A stretch of DNA of 64,000 nucleotides from Candidatus Poribacteria bacterium (GTDB lineage Bacteria; Poribacteria; WGA-4E; UBA9662), in assembly GCA_046582655.1 (NCBI GenBank), contig JAYGDX010000027.1, forward strand, positions 1 through 64,000, written 5' to 3'. The translations under genes were made by a program, and so were the position numbers. Shown here one piece after another: positions 19,414 to 30,402 of this stretch. Below the pieces are notes generated by a model that had not been told where the DNA came from, made no database searches, and saw nothing but the letters and a program-made list of their open reading frames with translations. The stretch's first letter is position 1. Each line of letters begins with the position of its first letter.

Positions 19414-21348
19414 TTAAGCGAAATAGAAATCGTATGTTGGTTTTTGAATAATCACGCTCAATAGACTCCACATTCCCCCGATAATGTATTCTCCAAGAAT
19501 GATTCCGATAAAAAGGGGGATCGCTTGTCGGTATGCTTTTATCCCACCGTAATTTAACACTGCCCATTTAATCATCCAGCTAATTAAAATACATGACCAG
19601 ATATAATCAATACCAAAGTTGGTTGATAGTGCGTAACCAGCTGGGTGCAAAGGCCACCACAGGAATTTCACACGAAGTAATGTAAACCAAAGTGTGGTAA
19701 CAAAACCAATGCCCATAAAAAAAGTCGCCCAGAAATTCCCATCTGCGGGATGCTTGATTCGTGTTGCCAATAAGCGAAAAACACCGGAATCATGGCCAAT
19801 TGGAATAACATCAAGGCCATCGCGAAACGACAGATGGATTAGTGCCCAAAAACCTGATAGGCTACCGACAACCATAGCAATCACCATCGCCAATGGTAAA
19901 AAATTCGTATTCATCTTTGACTGTTCTGCCATTTTAAAACTCTCGAGTTGATGCGGCATCAAGTGCCCCCGGTAACCACGTCCAGCAAAGAACCAAAATA
20001 ATGGGAAGATCGAAAGATTGTTGGGGCCAATTTGTCTGGTTCCAATAATATCAACCAACATATTGCTCGGGTTCATACCAACTAGCTCATGAGTTGGGGG
20101 GCCGAGTTCTGCCCGAACACGTGTAATGGCTGTCGATAGAACAAAGAAGATGAGAAAAAATGGTGGTATAATCCAAAATGACATTCCAGCCTGGTAGCAG
20201 AAAAGCATAATGAGCCCAAAAGCAAAAAGAAATCCGCTAAAAGCTATGCGGTACGGCATGGGTTCAATACTGTCATTTACTTTTTGATTGTTGAACACAA
20301 TTTTGCTTGATACCTCTTTTAAATACGATCTGCCGAGCCAGATACTGATAAAAAACAATCCGACCCAAGCTCCCATTGATTGCTGATTCAAATAGGGGAA
20401 TTCAGGCATTGATTTCAAACCGATGGTCGCAGACAGTACCTGCTGCGCTTTCCGAAAAAGATAAAAAAACCAAGTGGAAAAGGCAAGATCAAGCGGCAAG
20501 AAAAAAGCAAGTCCAATCACAAAAGGGTATAACGGAAACGGGAAATGACCAACTGCATTCCAAGGTGGAGAGGTGAATAATTTCCCTAGATTGTGATCGC
20601 GGTATGTAACGGGGAAATATGGTAAAGCTGGAATAAAATGGTGGATTCCGTTAACTAGATCAAGTCCTCCTCCTATTGCAACCCCAATCCACAATAAGCG
20701 ACTTTTAAAAAATTGCAATTGCCCCCCATTTACTGTAATTGCGAATGGGAGCTGAATGATTGGATAACTCAGCTTTTCGTTCTGCGTCCACTGTTTTCGG
20801 ATTAGGACATTGAGACAAATCATCCCAAATCCCAAGACGGTGACGAAAGCCGTCCACCATAGAACAGGCTTGAGAAAAAAAGTAAGGTGCTTTTGAGTAT
20901 AAAGTGATGATTCGCCTTTATAGAACTGTCTAAGAGTTTCTTGATCTTGAATCGTCAACCAATTTGGCAAATGATGATGAAACAGAGTTTTCCACTCATT
21001 TTCAGGAGTGGCAAAAGAAAATGGCCACCCCATCACCGGAATTAGGATTTGAAATGAATCACGTCCAGCAATTCCCCCCGCTAAGGTCATCATTGCATAG
21101 ATGGTGATAAACTCACCTTGTGTAAATACCCACTTTGGGAAAAAACGTTTAATAAGAAAAATATTGATCAAAATCAACACCAGCAGATTTATGACTACAT
21201 GCCACATGAGGGAAAGGCATGTAGAGTGGCCAGTATTCCAAACGCCTTCCACCTGCATAATCCAGTAGCTATTCGGTGGAATCAAGAGAATCCCGATTAG
21301 GATAGATCTGAAAGTAACAGCATTTGGTGTTTTAGGTTGGTTGTCCAT
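19414..21348 (-). CDS. Multi-pass membrane protein, DUF6785/DUF6784-like (putative peptide transporter)
   Basis: 644 aa, many TM helices; RKQWTQNEKLSYPI, TRVRAELG, WWPLHPAGY, FIGIILG motifs. Confidence 0.7.
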   Translation of the reverse strand: MDNQPKTPNAVTFRSILIGILLIPPNSYWIMQVEGVWNTGHSTCLSLMWHVVINLLVLILINIFLIKRFFPKWVFTQGEFITIYAMMTLAGGIAGRDSFQILIPVMGWPFSFATPENEWKTLFHHHLPNWLTIQDQETLRQFYKGESSLYTQKHLTFFLKPVLWWTAFVTVLGFGMICLNVLIRKQWTQNEKLSYPIIQLPFAITVNGGQLQFFKSRLLWIGVAIGGGLDLVNGIHHFIPALPYFPVTYRDHNLGKLFTSPPWNAVGHFPFPLYPFVIGLAFFLPLDLAFSTWFFYLFRKAQQVLSATIGLKSMPEFPYLNQQSMGAWVGLFFISIWLGRSYLKEVSSKIVFNNQKVNDSIEPMPYRIAFSGFLFAFGLIMLFCYQAGMSFWIIPPFFLIFFVLSTAITRVRAELGPPTHELVGMNPSNMLVDIIGTRQIGPNNLSIFPLFWFFAGRGYRGHLMPHQLESFKMAEQSKMNTNFLPLAMVIAMVVGSLSGFWALIHLSFRDGLDVIPIGHDSGVFRLLATRIKHPADGNFWATFFMGIGFVTTLWFTLLRVKFLWWPLHPAGYALSTNFGIDYIWSCILISWMIKWAVLNYGGIKAYRQAIPLFIGIILGEYIIGGMWSLLSVIIQKPTYDFYFA

Positions 21349-21585
21349 CTATTCTTTGGTAAGCACCGAAACTGCATGAAGGCGACTAAGTCTGTTACTC
21401 TTTAACATTTATAATAAGATTTCATGTAGTAGCTTGACGGGATTCTGGAAGAAGATCGTACTCGACATTATTCGAATCGGTTGGATATTATCTTTTTTGT
21501 TTGCCATTGCAAAGTTTATCTGAATGGGTTGGTTCCGTCAAATTTTTAAATATTTTCAGCCTATTGTTTGAATCTCAGAAGTGTT

Positions 21586-21735
21586 TAGGAGTTACGCAGT
21601 TGAGGGATGAATCGGTTATACTCATGTGGTATGAATCCGCCAAAATGTAACCCATACGACTATATCAATTTTTTAATTGTCAGACAAAAGAGTTATAGCT
21701 GTCTGGAAGTTGAAAGAGTACAACCAAAAAGTTAA
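21586..21735 (+). mobile_element. IS701-family remnant: left terminal repeat plus 5' fragment of the transposase
   Basis: TAGGAGTTACGCAGTTGA (21586-21603) followed by ATG 21631 MNPPKCNPYDYINFLIVRQKSYSCLEVERVQPKS*, which resembles IS701-type transposase N-termini as recalled. Confidence 0.65.
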
Positions 21736-22423
21736 TCCCATTGCCATTTCCTGACCGATCAGTTTGTGATGGCGAGTGTGATGTGCGTCTGCTTGGGCAC
21801 CTCGTAGGCGATGGTGGCAGGTGGGAAAGTGTGAATAAAAGTTTAGAAGAAGCACTAGCCGTATTCCCACACAGAAAACTGTCCACGTTCTGGGGGACGA
21901 TAAAGAATCGAGAGGATCGAAAATATTAGTTCTCCAAAAGAACGCTCGTAACCTTTCTGGTAACGGTCGAGTTTCGTTGTGCTTCCTCTACTTGTAATCT
22001 TCGTTTTTCGATGGCTGTCTGACTACTGGCTGAATATACGCAAAACAAAAGGGGCAAAGATCTCTATTGTATTATCTTATAGGAAGTTTTACCCCTTAAA
22101 TTTTCCTTCCTATGGTTACCTTACTATTTAAAAAACCTCAAAATAAAATCTTCCTTTGAATATCTAATTTGAAGAGACTAACAAGAGGAGAGTATGATTC
22201 TATCAGGGAGTCCGCCTAATATATTATAGATAAAATTACCTGATACATCCTGATAGTCTCCTATTTTGAATGTTCAGAGTTTTAGGCATTGTATTAGATT
22301 TTCTTCAGGATTGATGTTGGTTTTTGTATTTGCATGGATTAATATGAACTTGGTAGAGAATACAAAGGAATAGATTTAAACTGTGATTTGATTTTCACAT
22401 AATATGCAAAACTGGGTGTTATA

Positions 22424-23425
22424 ATGAATTCTTCCTTTATAAATCATATTCTTGTAAAAATATTAACACTCTTGAGATTTGCCATTCCGGTCATGTTTTT
22501 TTGTAATGGATTAATCTATGCTAAGACATTAAATAAAATACAAGTAATTACTTATAATGCAGGTCTCGCTCAATTCCCAATCCTTCCGATAACAATAGTA
22601 CCTTGCAACAAATCTAGATTGAATGAACAATTAAATGAAATAGAAAAAAAATTAAAAAGACCTTTTATTTTGATTCTTCAGGAGGTCTTTAGGAGTTCAT
22701 ACTCTGTATATAAATTATGGGCTAAAAAACACAAATATAGTTTTACAAAACACAAGGTAAATAAGAGTGGATTAATGATTGTGACTAGTGAGGATATTGA
22801 ACACGAATTTTTTATTCCGTTTAATAGAGATACGTACATGCTTAAAAGAGGAATGCTTGGCATTAAAATTTTATTTAATAGAAACGAATTGATAGTGCTT
22901 AATACACATACCAGTTATAGCAATTCAAAAAAAGTTAATTCTATCCACGTTTCTCAATTGAAGGTAATAGGGGCAATCCTAAATAAATTTAGAAATAAAA
23001 CTGTTGTTTTAGGGTGTGATCTCAATGTGGGCAAAGATTTGCGTTATATCAACCAGACTTATGATCCAATTATCAAACTGTGGCATCCTTTTATTTCTTC
23101 TTTACATTCAAACTTTTGTGAAATTGATTATGAAAACCAAAATGTCAGTTGGGATAGATCAAATAATCCACTCATTTATAAAGCAAAATTTCAACTATTT
23201 GATAAATTTGATTTACCTCTCCTTCATAAATTTGATAAAAATGAAGAAGAGGATAGTCAACTAGATCATATATTCATTTCATCTGATATTGAAGTGGTCT
23301 ATGGCACAAAGTTGTTTTTAAATAAACCTGTTAATATTTCAAGGTGTAAAAACTATACAAATGAAAATGATGAAGTTTATCTTAGCGATCATTATGCTTT
23401 AGAAGCAATGATTAGTTTGCAATGA
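22424..23425 (+). CDS. Endonuclease/exonuclease/phosphatase (sphingomyelinase-like) family protein, probably secreted
   Basis: ITYN, LQEV, NTH, GCDLN, LDHIF, LSDHY motifs; hydrophobic N-terminus; very AT-rich. Confidence 0.85.
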   Translation: MNSSFINHILVKILTLLRFAIPVMFFCNGLIYAKTLNKIQVITYNAGLAQFPILPITIVPCNKSRLNEQLNEIEKKLKRPFILILQEVFRSSYSVYKLWAKKHKYSFTKHKVNKSGLMIVTSEDIEHEFFIPFNRDTYMLKRGMLGIKILFNRNELIVLNTHTSYSNSKKVNSIHVSQLKVIGAILNKFRNKTVVLGCDLNVGKDLRYINQTYDPIIKLWHPFISSLHSNFCEIDYENQNVSWDRSNNPLIYKAKFQLFDKFDLPLLHKFDKNEEEDSQLDHIFISSDIEVVYGTKLFLNKPVNISRCKNYTNENDEVYLSDHYALEAMISLQ

Positions 23426-23693
23426 CGAATGTAAATTCAACTTGATTTATTCATAGAAATCATGTTTTAGTTCCACTTGTGCTGTTTGGCATTTGCATCA
23501 ATCAACATAGAACAGGTAGAAAATCTACATTAACCTTAAGAATCAATAAAAGATGGAGGAGTTGCAGACGAGATCTTTCGAGACTTTATCTGATTTTCAA
23601 CTAGATACTGAAAGAATTAAAAGAATAACTGCTAGATAGTGCTTATTCTCTGCTTGAATGGTAGGACTGATATTTGTACATTATTGAATTTCA

Positions 23694-24092
23694 TCACTGC
23701 TTGGTTATCGTAAATTTAATTTTGATTATTTCTATTTTTGTTGGAGGGCTAGCTCCATCAGACCCTCGATGAGTTTCAATTTCTATCTCATCACTTCCAA
23801 CGTAATTTCCCTGCGCTTTATATCTATATACTGCTTCCCACTGTGTAGTTGAATCTCTGACAATTTCACTGACTTCATAGTGTTTGGCTTGTTTCTTTAT
23901 TAATGCCCCTTCCTCATCGCCAGAAATTCCTGTCTTGTATTCATAAGTGTCAGAGTTTCTTAATTCAATCAAGATTAAGTTATCCTCATTTGGATTAATC
24001 TCTGGGGACTCAAAATTGTAATTAACACCTTGATTACAAGCCCAAATGGTGATGGTGATTGAAATAATGAGAAATGTTTGTCGCTTCAGCAT
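23694..24092 (-). CDS. Hypothetical lipoprotein
   Basis: MLKRQTFLIISITITIWAC lipobox-like signal; beta-rich mature part. Confidence 0.7.
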   Translation of the reverse strand: MLKRQTFLIISITITIWACNQGVNYNFESPEINPNEDNLILIELRNSDTYEYKTGISGDEEGALIKKQAKHYEVSEIVRDSTTQWEAVYRYKAQGNYVGSDEIEIETHRGSDGASPPTKIEIIKIKFTITKQ

Positions 24093-24508
24093 GGCATCTC
24101 TTGATTTAATGGATTATACGCACACATAGACTACACTAACTGTGTTCTAAAACTAGGATGTGCTTCTAAGATTCTATTCATTCTTAGTTTGCTTCTATTG
24201 TACTTTAAGCATTCCATAATACAATCCTCATCAAGAGGAATAATGATTCTTGGAATAGTTGTTTCTCGAAGATCACACCGGCCCCAAGGGATGGTACTAA
24301 TCGAGACGACTACCACGAAGATTAGGATCGTCGGATGCGCTTTCAGCGCTTGTCATTTTCCCTCACTCTGGCCGCAAGTAGATCGCGTAAAGCTTGGCTT
24401 TGCCAAACAATCGTACCGACGTATTGTCTGCACAGGCATATGCGTGTGTCAAGTGTTCCAGCAGGTCGTCCAGGCTTCTTTCCAAGGCATGATCCTTATT
24501 TCCTGCCT

Positions 24509-25603
24509 TTATTCGGGTGTCGTCAAAGGGGATGTACGCACTTCCTCGGACCAATCCCGCCATATGTCGCCGTTTGTGTTGTCCATCGCCAGTGCATCGG
24601 AGAGAGCTGCGGGCGTTTTGAGGAAACCATAGATTGTCGCCTGGCGGATGACGTCAGAGGAAGCGTTCTGCCCCGCAATGTGCAGGATTTTGGTATGCCA
24701 CAATACCATGGTACCAGCAGGGCCGTGGCAATCAAACGGTTGGGTATCGATCTTGATCTGCTCAATGACGGGATCGGTATAACCTCCCGCATTGCGCACT
24801 GCTAGATGTTTGTCTGTGTGCTTCTCACCTGCTTGGAAGGCCTTCCACTGCTCCTTCCAGATCCGCATGTGGCTTCCAGGCCACACGGTAAAGCCGCCGG
24901 AGTTAGGCGGTACGTCGTCGATGTATGCTGACATCTGTAGCCGCCATCGTCCGTAGCACGCACCGTCGGAGTGGGCGCTGCGGTAATCGGGCCCAGAGGA
25001 CGGGCTTTTCGGTAGAGTGCAATATAATCCACGAGTCCCTTGCCCATTGAGCCACACTGGTCCGGTCTTGGGTAACCGCAGATCCCATTCCGTCGAGAAG
25101 GTCCCCTTCAATGGCCAGCCCATCTCGTGCCCCACGTGGGAAACAAGACCTCCCACTGCATCGTCGCACATGAAGCAGGGGCCTATCGTGGCCCCCGACT
25201 CGTCAAGCCCAGCGGGCCAAACCAGCGTCCCCTGCCCAAGAAGTTGCTCAGCGACTGGCCACAATGCTCGGGGACCTAGGTTGAGCATGAGTTCTTCGGC
25301 CCCATTTCGGACTGTGAAACGGTGTCCACTGCCACTGAAATACGGGTCCCCTCCACCAAGGGGCCTCTGCGCCTTTAATTTGGCGCTCTCCTCCTCAGTG
25401 ATGGAGTTCCACGTGGAGGGTTCTCCCCTTTTCATACGGGGAAGGTGAGTCTGAATCGACTCCCACATTTCGTCACGCCCTTGACGGCAGAGCGCCGGAT
25501 CGAGTACTGCTGGGAGTACCAGGAATCCCTCGCGCTTGAATTGGGAAATCTGGTTTGCTTTCAGAGGCGCGACTTGCTTCAAAATCGGGGTAGACATCGC
25601 CAT
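24509..25603 (-). CDS. Phytanoyl-CoA dioxygenase (PhyH)-like Fe(II)/2OG dioxygenase
   Basis: QFKREGFLVL, HSD, GGFTVWPGSH, GPAGTMVLWHTKILH...N...R; GC-rich compared with flanks. Confidence 0.8.
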   Translation of the reverse strand: MAMSTPILKQVAPLKANQISQFKREGFLVLPAVLDPALCRQGRDEMWESIQTHLPRMKRGEPSTWNSITEEESAKLKAQRPLGGGDPYFSGSGHRFTVRNGAEELMLNLGPRALWPVAEQLLGQGTLVWPAGLDESGATIGPCFMCDDAVGGLVSHVGHEMGWPLKGTFSTEWDLRLPKTGPVWLNGQGTRGLYCTLPKSPSSGPDYRSAHSDGACYGRWRLQMSAYIDDVPPNSGGFTVWPGSHMRIWKEQWKAFQAGEKHTDKHLAVRNAGGYTDPVIEQIKIDTQPFDCHGPAGTMVLWHTKILHIAGQNASSDVIRQATIYGFLKTPAALSDALAMDNTNGDIWRDWSEEVRTSPLTTPE

Positions 25604-25744
25604 TTTCCTTTTACTGTTTGACAGGCAATAATAATAACAAAAATGCCCGAGCCATATTAATAATTCTTTCTGTGTTTTTAATATATATTACGTATAAGTG
25701 GTTAAGACCATGTTACATGTGGACAGGGATAATTACTCTAATCC

Positions 25745-26073
25745 TGACATACAGCGAAATCCGGAGGGGGTAAAGACCAGACATATCAAATTAAACCATA
25801 TCTACTTAGTTTAAAACCTCCTAACTGGTGCAAGTTGATTTCGTTCATCATATTTATCATCCCATCTACCTTTAGCATATTCTCACTCTGCTTCAGTCGG
25901 TAACCTTTTCCTTGCCCATTTAGCATAAGCAGTTGCATCGTGCCAATTAACCTCAACAGCATGAAACCCCTCAGATTTTCATACAACATTGTAGCATTAA
26001 CCAAATAATGGTAATCCAAACGCCGTCCAGTGTTAACCCTGTAATCAAGCATAATTGAGTTGATGAATTCCAA
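25745..26073 (-). pseudogene. FGE/SUMF1 (formylglycine-generating enzyme-like) domain remnant
   Basis: Minus-strand fragments VNWHDATAYAKWARKRLPTEAE*EYA (TGG>TGA), GGFKLSRYGL, DMSG and GFRCM, with frameshifts; boundaries approximate. Confidence 0.7.
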
Positions 26074-26146
26074 ATTAGTATTGGTCTGCGGAGTCTTATC
26101 CTTCCCAAGTAGGTATGATATTATCTCTATTACCTTCTGGGGATCT

Positions 26147-26440
26147 GCGTACCAATTCTATCATACCAAATGATGCTGGTTTTTTCGATATTGATCCTTT
26201 TACTGGCTGTGTGGACCCAGAAAATATTGAGAGGCGGATCTCATCCCAAACTAAAGTCTTAATTATCGTTCATTACATAAAGTGCCCCAGCTGATATGGA
26301 CGTTATTTTAGAGCTAACGAAACGGCATGATATCTCTTTAGTTGAAGATTGCTTTCGTGTGTATGGTGCAGCTTATAAGGGGGAAAAACAGGCACTTTTG
26401 GTGATATTAGTTGCTTCAGCATGCAATTAACCAAGCCGCC
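26147..26440 (+). pseudogene. DegT/DnrJ/EryC1/StrS aminotransferase remnant
   Basis: FFDIDPFTGCVDPENIERRISSQTKVLIIVHY / PADMDVILELTKRHDISLVEDC...YGAAYKG..TGTFGDISCFSMQLTK, broken by a frameshift; boundaries approximate. Confidence 0.75.
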
Positions 26441-26639
26441 TTCGACCATCGGTAGGATCCTCATGTTCAGATGTCTGGCTATGATCGCCGCTATGACGGT
26501 TGCCATTGATTTTGGGAGTGTGATTCTTAACATTTTTCGCGAAAGTCAAAACTTGTGACTTTGCTTCTATTGCTTAAAACATCTGGATTTCTATAAAAAC
26601 TCATTCTTGTTAATCCCTTTGGGAAGTACAGTATCATTA

Positions 26640-27983
26640 CTACTGTTCTGTTTCCCACTCAGATCGTTTGTATCTAATCCACATTAGTATTCCCTGCACA
26701 ACATTTGATAGTGCAATGCCAAGCCATATTCCGATAATATTGATGGTGTGAGATAGCACGATAACCAGCATCAGTCCGATGCCACATTGGGAAACTAATG
26801 TGATGGCCATTGGGGAAAGAGTATCACCTGATCCTGTCATTGCTCGGCCTAGTACCAGGGACATAGCGATAAAGCCAAAAGTTGGGGACAAGTAACGCAA
26901 ATAGACGTTAGCTATCCGAATAACTGCTTGATCCTGAGTAAATATACTGACAAAGAATTCAGGAAAAAATAGAAATGGAAATCCAATACCGATCATGACA
27001 AAGATGGCTAGCCAGTTACCAACTTGGGCTGATTTCCTGGCTCGGTGAACAAGGCGAGCACCCAAGTTTTGTCCAACCATGGGTGAAACAGCACCAGCAA
27101 TGGCAAACCCAGGAGTCATTACCAGTACACGGAGACGCATGCAGATAGCATAAGCGGCCACTGCATTAGTACCATAACTGGCAACCACCCGCAAAAAACC
27201 GAGACGAGACAAATGTCGCCAGAATCCTTGCATGGCGCTGAAAATTCCCAACTTCAGGATTTTTCCCATTTCCGATAAATTGATACGCCAATCCGCATGT
27301 TTTAACGAGATAGCTCCCCTACTCCTAAAGCAGATGTAGAGCATGATCAATACACTGGCACTTCGTCCAATCACGGTGGCATAGGCTGACCCCACGATTC
27401 CAAGTTCTGGAAATCCTAATTTGCCAAATATCAGTAACCAATCAAGTATGATGTTCAGCACTGTGGCAAAAATGAGAACTAGCATCGGTGTTACCGCATC
27501 GCCAGCCCCTCGATATATTGAATTCAGTGTCATTGATAGGAACCTCATAATCAAACCGAGGAAGGTAATTTGCATGTAAGGCACACCTAGCAGTACAATT
27601 TCTGGTGCCGCACCCAGTATTCTTAGCGAAAATGCAGATAGCGGGTAGCCGATCCCGCAGATGCCAACGGAAAAAAAAACAGAAAGTAGCAGCGATTGCA
27701 AGGCAATATTTTCTCCTTCCGCTTGTTTCTTAGCACCAATCGATTGGGAAACTACCACCGTGGCCCCCGTCGAAATGCCAAGACCGATAACGGTAACTAA
27801 GCGAAGGATGTTCCCACTCATTGCCACGGCAGCCAATTTTGGTGAACCCAACTGCCCGATAAAAATCATGTCAATTACTTCAAAGGCATCCTGCAAGATG
27901 TAAGTCATTAGAATTGGGATTGCCAGATAGACCAGGTTTTGTGTAATCTTTCCTGTGGTCAGATCTCGATTGTCTTGTTGCAT
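26640..27983 (-). CDS. MATE family efflux transporter
   Basis: DLTTG, DMIFIGQLG, RGAGDAVTP, NIILD, GQNLGA. Confidence 0.9.
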   Translation of the reverse strand: MQQDNRDLTTGKITQNLVYLAIPILMTYILQDAFEVIDMIFIGQLGSPKLAAVAMSGNILRLVTVIGLGISTGATVVVSQSIGAKKQAEGENIALQSLLLSVFFSVGICGIGYPLSAFSLRILGAAPEIVLLGVPYMQITFLGLIMRFLSMTLNSIYRGAGDAVTPMLVLIFATVLNIILDWLLIFGKLGFPELGIVGSAYATVIGRSASVLIMLYICFRSRGAISLKHADWRINLSEMGKILKLGIFSAMQGFWRHLSRLGFLRVVASYGTNAVAAYAICMRLRVLVMTPGFAIAGAVSPMVGQNLGARLVHRARKSAQVGNWLAIFVMIGIGFPFLFFPEFFVSIFTQDQAVIRIANVYLRYLSPTFGFIAMSLVLGRAMTGSGDTLSPMAITLVSQCGIGLMLVIVLSHTINIIGIWLGIALSNVVQGILMWIRYKRSEWETEQ

Positions 27984-28178
27984 CAGTTAAGTAGGTAGAT
28001 AGAAAACCCAGAAAATGTTGTTTATAAGTTGCATCTTTATTTTTAATTCAATATTGCATTTTAGCATAATTGCTTTACATTATCAGCAAAACGAGAATTA
28101 TGATTTGGTTCCATTTTAATTCATGTTGTAAAATGGAGACTGAAGAGAAGGATTCTGTAATTATCACAACAAGTAACT

Positions 28179-28820
28179 ATGAACTCCGAATTTACGGCGA
28201 TGGATATTAAGGAAGGAATCCAATATCTGTCTGGAATTGATCCGGACATGAAGCAGTTAATCGACTACTTTGGTGTGCTTAGCCTTAACGGGAATTCCAA
28301 CTATTACGAATCGTTGGTAAAATCAATTATCTATCAGCAACTGAGCGGCAAGGTCGCCAATACCATCTATCAGCGATTCAGGGACTTATATCCTCATAGT
28401 AGTAGTATCGATCCCCAGAATGTTTATCAAACACCTCTGCACACCTTAAGAAGTGTTGGATTGTCTGAGCGCAAAGCTACCTATATTCAGGGATTATCCC
28501 GCAAGTGGATCAACGGTGAAATTGAGTGGGATAGGTTTGTGTGTATGAGTAATGAAGAAATCGGTCTGGTTTTAAAAACCGTTAAGGGCATTGGTCAATG
28601 GACTGTAGACATGTTTCTCATTTTCTCCTTGAAGAGACCTGATGTTTTCCCCATTGGTGATCTGGGAGTAAGAAAAGCGTTGCAGGTTTTGTGTCATCTT
28701 GATCATCAACCGACGATGGACGACATGCTTGACATAGCAGAAAAGTGGAGACCTTTTAGATCACTTGCCACCCTCTATTTATGGGAAATTGCTGATAATA
28801 ATATTTCTAAACTTGATTAG
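28179..28820 (+). CDS. alkA: DNA-3-methyladenine glycosylase II (AlkA family)
   Basis: IIYQQLS, VKGIGQWT (HhH), PIGDLGVR, WRPFRS. Confidence 0.88.
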   Translation: MNSEFTAMDIKEGIQYLSGIDPDMKQLIDYFGVLSLNGNSNYYESLVKSIIYQQLSGKVANTIYQRFRDLYPHSSSIDPQNVYQTPLHTLRSVGLSERKATYIQGLSRKWINGEIEWDRFVCMSNEEIGLVLKTVKGIGQWTVDMFLIFSLKRPDVFPIGDLGVRKALQVLCHLDHQPTMDDMLDIAEKWRPFRSLATLYLWEIADNNISKLD

Positions 28821-28925
28821 ATATATTATTCTTGAAACAGTAGGCTAGGTTCATACCATGGCCCCAAAAACTATGGCTGTTGGAAAATAATTACGATTAA
28901 GAAATAGATTAGAAAGGGAAGATTT

Positions 28926-29972
28926 ATGATAGGTATTGGCATTATCGGTGCAGGAGGCATCTCGCGTGCACACGCAAATGGCTATATGCAATTATCAGAC
29001 CTCGCCGAAATTGTAGCCGTAGCGGATATCGATTATGATCGGGCTAGATCTGCAGCTAATCAATGGGGTGTAAAACACGCATTTTCCGATTATCAACAGA
29101 TGCTAAAGTTGGATCAAATTGATGCCATTAGCGTTTGTACCTATACCAAAGCCCACTCTCAACCGAGCATCGATGCTCTCCATGCTGGCAAACATGTCTT
29201 AGTTGAAAAACCGATGGCGGCAACGGCTGACGAAGCAATTCAAATGGCAAAAGCTAGCAGTCAAAGCAATAAGATCCTGATGGTTGGGATGAAATGGCGG
29301 TTTATGCCCGAGGTGCTAGCTGCAAAAGCTTTTATCGATAACAGTAAACTCGGAGATATATATTATGCTGAGGCCATTGGCTGGCAACATCGTGGAATCC
29401 CTGGACGAACCTTTATCCAAAAGGAAACAGCTGGTGGAGGAGCTTTTATGGACAATGGCGTTTATACGCTTGATACCGTTTTGTATTTGATGAATCATCC
29501 TAAACCTGTTTCAGTCGCAGGATCTTCTGCCAATATATTCGGTCACTCTACGGATGGGAATTGGGATCCAGATCAATTTAACGTTGAAGATTTCGGAACC
29601 GCACTGGTTCGTTTTGAGGGAGGAATTACGCTCTTTTTCGCGCATTCATGGGCGATTAATTTCAGAGAACAATGGCAGATGCGAATCGCAGGCAATCGCG
29701 GCAGTGCCGAGATCTATCCGTTTTCTAATCCGAAATTACGTCTGATGCATGGTGGATATAACGATCTCACTGAGTTCACACCAGCAGATCTACCAGAAGG
29801 TTCCATCGATATCAACTATGAGATTAAACAATTTGTTAACGCTATTGAAAACGAGTTGTCATCACCGATACCTGCTGATACTTTTCTTTATACCAACCTG
29901 ATCTTTGATGCCATCTATCAATCGACCGATCTTGGGCGCGAGGTCAAAGTGGATATCCCAGATTTCTTGTAA
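28926..29972 (+). CDS. Gfo/Idh/MocA family oxidoreductase
   Basis: GIIGAGGI, GKHVLVEKPMA, GGGAFMD. Confidence 0.9.
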   Translation: MIGIGIIGAGGISRAHANGYMQLSDLAEIVAVADIDYDRARSAANQWGVKHAFSDYQQMLKLDQIDAISVCTYTKAHSQPSIDALHAGKHVLVEKPMAATADEAIQMAKASSQSNKILMVGMKWRFMPEVLAAKAFIDNSKLGDIYYAEAIGWQHRGIPGRTFIQKETAGGGAFMDNGVYTLDTVLYLMNHPKPVSVAGSSANIFGHSTDGNWDPDQFNVEDFGTALVRFEGGITLFFAHSWAINFREQWQMRIAGNRGSAEIYPFSNPKLRLMHGGYNDLTEFTPADLPEGSIDINYEIKQFVNAIENELSSPIPADTFLYTNLIFDAIYQSTDLGREVKVDIPDFL

Positions 29973-30017
29973 AATGAAAGTTGTACAAGTTATTATTTTT
30001 GATTAATAGAAAACATC

Positions 30018-30299
30018 ATGGTGAAAGAAGTGAATATTGGTGATAAGTCTCTCGATTTAGGCAAACTTCAGTGGGATATAGTTGTTGTTCTAGATAATTG
30101 GGTTTCGATCTATGTGAACGATCAAAATCCGAATCCCAATGATATCCGGCACGGTCAATACCACAATACAGACGATACACGCATACAGGAATACACGGCA
30201 CTAGCTGCTTGGGTATCTCCTTATCTGAAAAGCATTTACTATCAAAGCTCAGATGCACTTAACTCTGCCATATGGCCGGCTGCTCGGCTCAATTCATAG
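30018..30299 (+). CDS. Hypothetical protein or gene remnant (93 aa)
   Basis: ATG-started ORF filling the gap between two + strand genes; no motif recognised. Confidence 0.3.
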   Translation: MVKEVNIGDKSLDLGKLQWDIVVVLDNWVSIYVNDQNPNPNDIRHGQYHNTDDTRIQEYTALAAWVSPYLKSIYYQSSDALNSAIWPAARLNS

Positions 30300-30402
30300 G
30301 GGAATTTGGCTGACTCCTAATTAGCGTTCCTATCGGGTAAATGTCCTATGTTTGCGCTTATTAGACATTCTTCTATGACAAGAAATACAGAAAGGAAATT
30401 TA

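Noticed and set aside
21741..21929. 62-aa ORF and CTGTCCACGTTCTGGGGGAC resembling an IS3-type end
   Set aside because: Single weak match with no transposase or partner repeat
24131..25448. Multiple overlapping ORFs around the PhyH gene
   Set aside because: Shadow ORFs expected in a GC-rich stretch; no motifs
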